Assembly: GCA_963924565.1 (NCBI GenBank)
Contig: OZ004611.1
Span: 21,142,001-21,206,000, forward strand
Length of the DNA: 64,000 bases
Reading direction: 5' to 3'
Source: Ascidiella aspersa
Taxonomy: Eukaryota
Made by a program: the position numbers and the translations under genes. Shown here piece after piece: positions 51,001 to 59,229 of this stretch (within the stretch, counting starts at the first letter, position 1; each line of letters starts with the position of its first letter). The notes under the pieces were generated by a model. That model was not told the DNA's origin. It did no database searches and worked only from the letters and a program-made list of their open reading frames with translations.

Positions 51001-52067
51001 GAAATTTTAGTGTATTTGTAGCATCTGTTTGGCTTCAGAATACATACCTTGATTGTTTTCTAAAAAGTGTTCTTGATATTTGATTTAGTTTTTGGTGGTT
51101 GCTGTGTGAAACAATGCTTGAAAAAAAATTTAGAAGACCTAATCCAGATTGAAACTATTCTTCATTGCGCAAGCAGAGTTTATGCAGCTTAAAATTATTT
51201 AAGTTTTGTAATGAAGTTACTTCTTAAATTTGGGCGACTTAAATTAAAGTATGATACCGTAAGAGTGACTGACATGTTTGATCTACAACAAATTTTACAG
51301 CGATATTGCATGTTCATGGGGACTGAAGGTAATACCACTGCTGGAAAGTATGGCAGATCTCGACAAGATCTCACGGGTGCACAGCCGAAAAAAAATCCGG
51401 GTGACCGGGTGCAACAAAGGCCAAAAAAGTGCACATCGGGTTTACTTTATGATTTTCCGATGCATTCTGTATTGCATACATTGCACTGTAAACGTATTCC
51501 GCACAAACGTTTTACATATTTCGGGTGGCAGTTCGGATTTTTTCGGGGTGCACTTTTGAAAGTTTGACAAAATCTCGCGGGTGCACTTGCCATACTTTCC
51601 ACAGTGGGGTAATACTAAATCCCCCGCGCAGGCCCAACTTTTTAACCTGAAAGGCACTGACATGCTATCCAAAAATAACTTGTTTAGAACTATGTTAGCA
51701 GAATGATAACTAAAATTTAACTATTAAATAAAATGTACAACAAAGCATTTAAGTTGTATACATGTTTGTTGTCTTCTAACAACTTGTTTATTCTGCTTTC
51801 CTCTCTGTCTTCATGGTCCCTAAGCCATGTTAGAGACCCACATATAAGAGAAAGTGACTTTCCAGTTCCTGAAAATTCAATTATGCCGTTAAATTGTTTT
51901 TTTTTTTGCAATAAAAAAGCCTAGAAAAAACCTGTTGGGCTCTCAAAAATGCCAATCTTTTTTCCTTCAATTGCAGCATACAAACTCTTCATGAAATCCA
52001 GCTGGATGGAATACGGTTCGAAAGGAAATGGGAACCCTTCTGGTGGAAAAAGTTTGCAATCGTCCAT
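27089..52067 (-). CDS. DDX11: ATP-dependent DNA helicase DDX11/ChlR1 (Fe-S DEAH helicase), ~20 exons
   Basis: ATG 52067 ([23 protein letters not shown]|[10 protein letters not shown]), [14 protein letters not shown] (~49880), Fe-S Cys motifs (LCVN, NDRC, ACPYY), [10 protein letters not shown] (~48800), TINDFLF..DNINFFK (43627-43709), LKFLLLNP (42228-42428), [16 protein letters not shown] (41469-41697), [13 protein letters not shown] (34956-35105), VFREPK (31590-31693), [29 protein letters not shown] (29823-29978), [15 protein letters not shown] (29362-29459), [18 protein letters not shown] (29062-29197), terminal exon FFRDKET* (27089-27112). Confidence 0.93.
27487..27507. promoter_or_regulatory. 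RFX X-box-like site with an adjacent CRE half-site in the last DDX11 intron
   Basis: GTGACCATAGTAAC (reverse strand GTTACTATGGTCAC) immediately followed by TACGTCA. Confidence 0.4.
31812..31965. promoter_or_regulatory. Intronic promoter-like module: GC box, CCAAT, CRE and two RFX X-boxes
   Basis: GCCCCGCCAATC (31812-31823), TGACGTCA (31848-31855), GTTGCCATGGCGAC (31890-31903), GTTTCATGGCAAC (31953-31965). Confidence 0.6.
32438..32880. mobile_element. Dispersed repeat (related copy ~38855-39030) flanked by a diverged ~52-bp direct repeat
   Basis: Shared GTGGCGA..CAACATTTTAGAT..ATCGCATAGAATATGTG..TGGGCCTGTTTG..GAGAACAAAATTGAC..AAGCAGCAAC; flanking repeats at 32383-32434 and 32901-32952. Confidence 0.6.
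33570..33645. repeat. Perfect inverted repeat, 37-bp arms, 2-nt loop
   Basis: AATAAAAGCTTGAGAAGCGCACCGCTCCGAACAAAAA-GA-TTTTTGTTCGGAGCGGTGCGCTTCTCAAGCTTTTATT. Confidence 0.95.
38020..38262. mobile_element. Two head-less SINE bodies in inverted arrangement (imperfect palindrome centred ~38185)
   Basis: 38020-38180 is the reverse complement of the SINE body at 40958-41108; 38192-38262 is a more diverged + strand copy starting at the same TTTTCTAGCCTGCCCT point. Confidence 0.7.
39347..39562. mobile_element. MITE family B (TGCATT(C/T)CA termini)
   Basis: TGCATTCCAGTGCCTT ... GGCCACAAGTTATGAAATGCAGTCAGG; homologous to ~55397-55620 and ~59763-59985 in RPL23 intron 3. Confidence 0.65.
39694..40000. 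mobile_element. hAT-type MITE with a perfect 8-bp TSD
   Basis: CAGTGATTCCCAA ... TTGAGAACCACTG termini; GTTTAGAT at 39686-39693 and 40001-40008. Confidence 0.85.
40879..41110 (+). mobile_element. tRNA-derived SINE (head with A and B boxes plus body)
   Basis: GCCTGCA TAGCTCAGTTGGTAGAGC (A box) ... GTGAATTCGAACCTCAC (degenerate B box) TTCAGGC; aberrant anticodon arm; the body recurs at ~38020-38262. Confidence 0.75.
41925..42166. mobile_element. GACTT-array repeat/MITE copy
   Basis: Same GACTTGACTT...GACTGGGACTTA...GACTTGTTT layout as 567-1026. Confidence 0.6.
44425..44458 (+). promoter_or_regulatory. CRE-like site and perfect RFX X-box upstream of the nested gene
   Basis: TTACGTCA (44425-44432) and GTTGCCTAGCAAC (44446-44458), ~185 bp upstream of ATG 44642. 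Confidence 0.65.
44642..46327 (+). CDS. Uncharacterised 228-aa signal-peptide/single-pass membrane protein, nested antisense in a DDX11 intron (5 exons)
   Basis: Exons 44642-44815, 45034-45159, 45361-45444, 45663-45821, 46184-46327; all four introns GT-AG and phase 0; no stops; signal peptide [23 protein letters not shown]; C-terminal [14 protein letters not shown] then RFRKRR; AATAAA at 46333-46338. Confidence 0.8.
47254..47722. mobile_element. hAT-type MITE with a perfect 8-bp TSD
   Basis: CAGGGGTGGG ... CCCACCCCTG termini; TTCTATAC at 47246-47253 and 47723-47730. Confidence 0.85.
48438..48694. mobile_element. Probable MITE with CCGATA/TATCGG subterminal motifs
   Basis: TAGTGAT..ATCCGATAC..CCGATACCGATA at the left end, ATATCGG..ATATCCCTA at the right end; no second copy seen in the window. 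Confidence 0.4.
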
Positions 52068-52453
52068 TTAGGCGGTAAATTTTTAATTTTAGCGGCTAAA
52101 ACATGACAAAACCAAGATAAAAAAAACTCACAATTTAGAAAAACACACAAGACTGTACGAATTTCGATTCGCGCGTTTAAGGGAATTTCCCGAACTAAAT
52201 GCCAAGTGTTCGTATTAAATATTATCTCTATATGAATCAGCACTGAAAGATTATTTTTCAAAAGTACTAAAAAACATAATTGCGTTGAATATTAAAATCT
52301 TGGACATCAAAAGCAAACCAAAAGCAAACAAAACAATATCTTTAGGATACAAGTATTTGAATTAATGGCATTTTTGCTGTAGGCCTACAGTAGTTCATTA
52401 AAAGTTAAAAAAGCGAAGTTAGTTGAACATAAGGGTAATCTTGTTTGCTCTGT
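52068..52453. promoter_or_regulatory. Bidirectional promoter region DDX11/MTX2 (duplicated at 56434-56819)
   Basis: Divergent start codons ~390 bp apart; local CpG cluster with TTTCCCG/TTCGCGC (E2F-like) motifs. Confidence 0.55.
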
Positions 52454-54056
52454 ATGTCCTTATTACAAGAGGCGTTGTTCAGTCAAATGGCGGGTAAGTG
52501 TTTAAGTATTTTTTTGTTGTTGTAATATAACATGCAACAACCATACATTGCAGGTTCAGATGGAGTGCTAAACGACATGATATTATTCAAACCAGATGAA
52601 GGCAAGTCAAAATGTTGTATTTGAATTTCTGTCATAAAAAACAACGAATTAGCTTTTTTGTTTTAGAAAATCAAATTCTTGTCAACGAAAATGCGGCCTC
52701 AATTTCTGTACAAGCTTTTTTCCGAATGTGCAAGTTGGAAGTTCAGGTAATTATGCTAGGTATAATGTGATAAATCAATATTCAAGGGTGTTTTTCCAAT
52801 AGGTACAGCACCGCACAAACACTGAACACATCTCACCATCTGGGAAGGTTCCAGTCCTATTATCTGGAAATTTTGTAATTTCTGAACCATTGCCAATATT
52901 TAACTTTATTAGCCAGAAAGTAAGTTAAAAAATTTAAAATATTTACCTCAAAATAAAACATAGTTAACTACTGTAATGTATTTCTTTTTAGGGATTATCT
53001 CTAAGCAAACATTTAAGTGACAAAGAAAATCAAGACCTGAAGGCCTATATTGAGCTTATCAATAATATCCTTATTCCAGCTGAATTGTTTATTATGTGGT
53101 TACACATGGATACTCTGAAACAGGTTGAATGAACATAAATATTTTTATATTAATATATTCTTTATCAGTACACATGAAGGTTTGGTGCTGGTCTCGAACC
53201 CTACCACATTTTTGTTTGGGGTTTTATATTGCTAATATTATTTGGCTTGGGGTGGGTAAAGTATTATAATTACATTAATTCTCCCATTTCTATTTATTTC
53301 TCGTAGGTTAAATTTAAAGTGGTAGGTAGACCATCGCCAAAAGTTTTTAAATAGGTACTTACAAGCCAACAAAATATTAAAAGCATACATAAACAAAAAC
53401 TGTACATAATCTTTTTCATGTTAAAGGTCACTTGGAAAAGATATGGGCATCCCTACCCATGGCCCCTCAATCACATTTTATCATTTTGCAAGCAACAGAG
53501 TGTTACAAGTTACTTAAATGCAATTGGGTGGGGTAAGAATCAAAGGTCACTTACCACAATGGATGAAGAAGTACGAATGTGTTGTGCGGCACTGTCACAA
53601 AAATTAGGCAACAAGGTTTATTTCTTTGGAGACAAGTAAGTGTAAATAGTTTGGCAAGCTGCTTTGTTCTTTTTAATTGTATTGACAATTAACACATTTA
53701 AACATATTTTTTTTTTTTTTTTGCCAAACGCCTTAAACCAAATGGCAAACTAACTTCCCAACCACACCTTATGCAAATGTTACACAATCTAAGGCGGAAA
53801 TCCTAACTACAGATAAACTTCTATAATTAAATTGACAACACCTAACTGTAAAATTCACAGGTGAATAAATTGCTTTTACAGGCCAACAGAGCTGGATGCA
53901 TTAGTGTTTGGTCACCTCTACACCATTATCACTACAAGCTTGCCAGACAACAGACTTGCAAAGACCATTCAGCAATTCCGAAACTTGGTCACATTTTGCC
54001 AAAATATTGATGCATGCTATTTCAAAAGTAAACGATCGACATCAGATGTAGAATGA
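52454..54056 (+). CDS. MTX2: Metaxin-2, copy 1 (7 exons)
   Basis: Exons ~52454-52493, 52553-52601, 52667-52746, 52803-52919, 52992-53123, 53427-53635, 53882-54056 give MSLLQEALFSQMA..QILVNENAASISVQAF..SPSGKVP..RYGHPYPWPLNHIL..PTELDALVFGHLYTI, matching vertebrate MTX2 motifs. Confidence 0.92.
53184..53338. mobile_element. MITE family A copy in an MTX2 intron (duplicated at 57550-57704)
   Basis: GCTGGTCTCGAACCCTACCAC ... GTGGTAGGTAGACCATCGCC. Confidence 0.6.
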
Positions 54057-54059
54057 TAT

Positions 54060-54656
54060 GTTGTTATTTATGTTTTGTTTTCGTGAAGTCTGTCTAATAA
54101 ATGTTTCACTATTTATGCAACAAAGTATTAAAACATCTCTTTTTCCTGTAAAGGTATATTTGAGAAATGACCGGTTTTGCATCTAGAAAACGTATTGTTA
54201 TTTGTTATTTATGTTTTTGTGAGGTATGTCTAATAAATGTTTCACAATTTATGCAATGATGAAGTATTCAAAACATATTTTTCCCAGAAAGGTGTGTTAG
54301 TAGTGGTCCCCAATAAAATTGTATTAGTGGATTTAACAATTGCCTGGACCCCTACTGAAGTTGTGACTTGTGACAGTTATATGTCTGTCTAATAAATGTT
54401 TCACTATTTATGCAACGTATTAAAACATCTCTTTTTCCCAGAAAGGTATATATTTGAGAAATGACCGGTTTTGCATCTAGAAACGGATTGTCATTTGTTA
54501 TTTATGTTTTTGTGAGGTCTGTCTAATAAATGTTTCGTAATGAAGTATTCAAAACATATTTTTCCCAGAAAGGTGTGTTAGGAGTGGTCCCCAATAAAAT
54601 TGTTTTAGTGGATTTAACAATTGCCTGGACCCCCTACTCAAGTTTTGACAGTTATA
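54060..54656. repeat. ~295-bp tandem repeat built from two related subunits in the MTX2 3' region (duplicated at 58426-59022)
   Basis: GTCTAATAAATGTTTC recurs with AATAAA at 54096, 54232, 54391 and 54525. Confidence 0.85.
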
Positions 54657-54863
54657 ATAACTAGAGTAGCTGTAGGTACTAAATTTTCCTAAAGTATATA
54701 TTCTTCTGTTTTAGCAACTTTTCTCACTAGAATAGGTTTATTTTTACCGAAATGCACAGGAACAATTATACATCTTTCTGCTTAACAACCTTATTTTGAA
54801 CTTTGATGAACATTAAAGCATTCTCACAGAAGATAAAAAAGCAGTAGGCCATGATAACATTTA

Positions 54864-55832
54864 TTATGCGATAGAACTTGCATTTGACGCTATCCTTGGC
54901 CAGCAATCTGCGCATTCTTTGGCGACGGGTCCAGTGATTGCAGAGCCTGTGAAGCGTAAGACAACACTATTATCATACTTTAAAACAATAACCTGAAATA
55001 AACAAGGGGGCTGAATAAATTAGATATAAAGTTAAATAGGCATTTTAGAATTATAATTTTTCACTTTTGATAAAAATACCTTTCATTTCGCCTTTGTTAT
55101 TTACAATCACCCCAGCATTGTCTTCGAAGTACAAGAATTGCCCATGCTTCCGATGAATCGGCTTTGATTGTCGAATTATTACAGCCGGATGGACTAAACG
55201 AAAAATATTTCGTATTATTCCTTTATAAAAACACATATACAACACCAGAAGGTCTCCGGGATGGAATTTTTTAAGTTGTTTTGCTCAGAAACAAGAGAGT
55301 ATCAACAACTTTGGTTCTGCCCCGAAAGATGGTTGAAAATGTTTCATCACAGCTTTATTAATAATGCTAAAACTAAGTTTTACGTGGCTGATGTCACTGA
55401 TGCATTCCAGTGCCTTACCACCAAAGATCTTTGGCGTGAAATTCTGCCAAAAACCACAACAGTGATGTAATTTTGTGTGAACATCACCAGCATAGTCAAT
55501 TTACACAGAAAAATTGCCGTTTGTGGTGTATATATGGTCCTATTTTAGCGTCTTATTTCAGACAAAATAATTTATGGCAAGAATATTTGGTGGCCACAAG
55601 TTATGAAATGCAGTCAGGCCTCAGAGCAGGCTAGATGTGTCTAACAGTCTTTTCTTAAATGGAAATCCTTGATTTATAAAACTGATTCAGTTATGTGACC
55701 AACCTTTCTTTCGAAGTTCAGGCTTTCCCTTTTTCACTGTTGCAAGAACGACATCACCAACACTGGCTGCTGGCAAACGATTGAGGCGACCTCTGATGCC
55801 CTTTACAGCAATAATGTAAAGGTTCTTGGCAC
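54864..55832 (-). pseudogene. RPL23: Partial RPL23 copy (exons 3-5 only) created by the tandem duplication
   Basis: Appears identical to 59230-60198 but lacks its own exons 1-2 and promoter. Confidence 0.8.
55282..55354 (-). ncRNA. C/D box snoRNA, SNORD2/snR39B-like (duplicate copy)
   Basis: Identical to 59648-59720. Confidence 0.75.
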
Positions 55833-55931
55833 CTGACAAGCACAAATTCAACAATCAGTCGTAAATTTTGTTATTTTCACTATTCAGTCGTAAATTTTGT
55901 TGTAGTCATCACATAATGTATGGGCAAAAGG

Positions 55932-56006
55932 TTGCTCAGAAACATGAGAATATCAACAAAATGTTTTCTGCCCCGAAAGATGGTAGAAAATGTTTCATCA
56001 TTGCAA
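55932..56006 (-). ncRNA. C/D box snoRNA, SNORD2/snR39B-like (duplicate copy)
   Basis: Identical to 60298-60372. Confidence 0.75.
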
Positions 56007-56316
56007 ATCAACAATACACAAAATTAAAACAACTATAATAAAAGTTCAGAATTAGTTTCATTTAAAAATAAAGTGCACCAAAAAGTTAACAATCGATGGA
56101 GCAGCGATTCGCTTTTTGGGGTGAAGCTGGATCTGTTAAAAAAAAAACACTTGCAAATGCACTTGCTGTATCTTCCACAGTGGCTTGCACTATTAATAAA
56201 AAAGGCACTGGTCTAGAATTTCACCACTGCGTTCAAACAATTATTAAATCAGCGCACAATATTTAGATTAGTGTTTTGGTGGGTAAAGTATTATTGTTAT
56301 ATTTATTCTTACACAT

Positions 56317-56433
56317 TTAAATCTTTTTTCCTTCAATTGCAGCATACAAACTCTTCATGAAATCCAGCTGGATGGAATACGGTTCGAAAGGAAATGGGAA
56401 CCCTTCTGGTGGAAAAAGTTTGCAATCGTCCAT
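56317..56433 (-). pseudogene. DDX11: Truncated DDX11 exon 1 copy (38 codons, stop at the duplication junction)
   Basis: [38 protein letters not shown] followed by TAA (56317-56319) from RPL23 intron 2 sequence. Confidence 0.8.
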
Positions 56434-56819
56434 TTAGGCGGTAAATTTTTAATTTTAGCGGCTAAAACATGACAAAACCAAGATAAAAAAAACTCACAAT
56501 TTAGAAAAACACACAAGACTGTACGAATTTCGATTCGCGCGTTTAAGGGAATTTCCCGAACTAAATGCCAAGTGTTCGTATTAAATATTATCTCTATATG
56601 AATCAGCACTGAAAGATTATTTTTCAAAAGTACTAAAAAACATAATTGCGTTGAATATTAAAATCTTGGACATCAAAAGCAAACCAAAAGCAAACAAAAC
56701 AATATCTTTAGGATACAAGTATTTGAATTAATGGCATTTTTGCTGTAGGCCTACAGTAGTTCATTAAAAGTTAAAAAAGCGAAGTTAGTTGAACATAAGG
56801 GTAATCTTGTTTGCTCTGT

Positions 56820-58422
56820 ATGTCCTTATTACAAGAGGCGTTGTTCAGTCAAATGGCGGGTAAGTGTTTAAGTATTTTTTTGTTGTTGTAATATAACATG
56901 CAACAACCATACATTGCAGGTTCAGATGGAGTGCTAAACGACATGATATTATTCAAACCAGATGAAGGCAAGTCAAAATGTTGTATTTGAATTTCTGTCA
57001 TAAAAAACAACGAATTAGCTTTTTTGTTTTAGAAAATCAAATTCTTGTCAACGAAAATGCGGCCTCAATTTCTGTACAAGCTTTTTTCCGAATGTGCAAG
57101 TTGGAAGTTCAGGTAATTATGCTAGGTATAATGTGATAAATCAATATTCAAGGGTGTTTTTCCAATAGGTACAGCACCGCACAAACACTGAACACATCTC
57201 ACCATCTGGGAAGGTTCCAGTCCTATTATCTGGAAATTTTGTAATTTCTGAACCATTGCCAATATTTAACTTTATTAGCCAGAAAGTAAGTTAAAAAATT
57301 TAAAATATTTACCTCAAAATAAAACATAGTTAACTACTGTAATGTATTTCTTTTTAGGGATTATCTCTAAGCAAACATTTAAGTGACAAAGAAAATCAAG
57401 ACCTGAAGGCCTATATTGAGCTTATCAATAATATCCTTATTCCAGCTGAATTGTTTATTATGTGGTTACACATGGATACTCTGAAACAGGTTGAATGAAC
57501 ATAAATATTTTTATATTAATATATTCTTTATCAGTACACATGAAGGTTTGGTGCTGGTCTCGAACCCTACCACATTTTTGTTTGGGGTTTTATATTGCTA
57601 ATATTATTTGGCTTGGGGTGGGTAAAGTATTATAATTACATTAATTCTCCCATTTCTATTTATTTCTCGTAGGTTAAATTTAAAGTGGTAGGTAGACCAT
57701 CGCCAAAAGTTTTTAAATAGGTACTTACAAGCCAACAAAATATTAAAAGCATACATAAACAAAAACTGTACATAATCTTTTTCATGTTAAAGGTCACTTG
57801 GAAAAGATATGGGCATCCCTACCCATGGCCCCTCAATCACATTTTATCATTTTGCAAGCAACAGAGTGTTACAAGTTACTTAAATGCAATTGGGTGGGGT
57901 AAGAATCAAAGGTCACTTACCACAATGGATGAAGAAGTACGAATGTGTTGTGCGGCACTGTCACAAAAATTAGGCAACAAGGTTTATTTCTTTGGAGACA
58001 AGTAAGTGTAAATAGTTTGGCAAGCTGCTTTGTTCTTTTTAATTGTATTGACAATTAACACATTTAAACATATTTTTTTTTTTTTTTTGCCAAACGCCTT
58101 AAACCAAATGGCAAACTAACTTCCCAACCACACCTTATGCAAATGTTACACAATCTAAGGCGGAAATCCTAACTACAGATAAACTTCTATAATTAAATTG
58201 ACAACACCTAACTGTAAAATTCACAGGTGAATAAATTGCTTTTACAGGCCAACAGAGCTGGATGCATTAGTGTTTGGTCACCTCTACACCATTATCACTA
58301 CAAGCTTGCCAGACAACAGACTTGCAAAGACCATTCAGCAATTCCGAAACTTGGTCACATTTTGCCAAAATATTGATGCATGCTATTTCAAAAGTAAACG
58401 ATCGACATCAGATGTAGAATGA
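56820..58422 (+). CDS. MTX2: Metaxin-2, copy 2 (appears identical to copy 1)
   Basis: Same exon structure at offset +4366. Confidence 0.9.
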
Positions 58423-59229
58423 TATGTTGTTATTTATGTTTTGTTTTCGTGAAGTCTGTCTAATAAATGTTTCACTATTTATGCAACAAAGTATTAAAAC
58501 ATCTCTTTTTCCTGTAAAGGTATATTTGAGAAATGACCGGTTTTGCATCTAGAAAACGTATTGTTATTTGTTATTTATGTTTTTGTGAGGTATGTCTAAT
58601 AAATGTTTCACAATTTATGCAATGATGAAGTATTCAAAACATATTTTTCCCAGAAAGGTGTGTTAGTAGTGGTCCCCAATAAAATTGTATTAGTGGATTT
58701 AACAATTGCCTGGACCCCTACTGAAGTTGTGACTTGTGACAGTTATATGTCTGTCTAATAAATGTTTCACTATTTATGCAACGTATTAAAACATCTCTTT
58801 TTCCCAGAAAGGTATATATTTGAGAAATGACCGGTTTTGCATCTAGAAACGGATTGTCATTTGTTATTTATGTTTTTGTGAGGTCTGTCTAATAAATGTT
58901 TCGTAATGAAGTATTCAAAACATATTTTTCCCAGAAAGGTGTGTTAGGAGTGGTCCCCAATAAAATTGTTTTAGTGGATTTAACAATTGCCTGGACCCCC
59001 TACTCAAGTTTTGACAGTTATAATAACTAGAGTAGCTGTAGGTACTAAATTTTCCTAAAGTATATATTCTTCTGTTTTAGCAACTTTTCTCACTAGAATA
59101 GGTTTATTTTTACCGAAATGCACAGGAACAATTATACATCTTTCTGCTTAACAACCTTATTTTGAACTTTGATGAACATTAAAGCATTCTCACAGAAGAT
59201 AAAAAAGCAGTAGGCCATGATAACATTTA

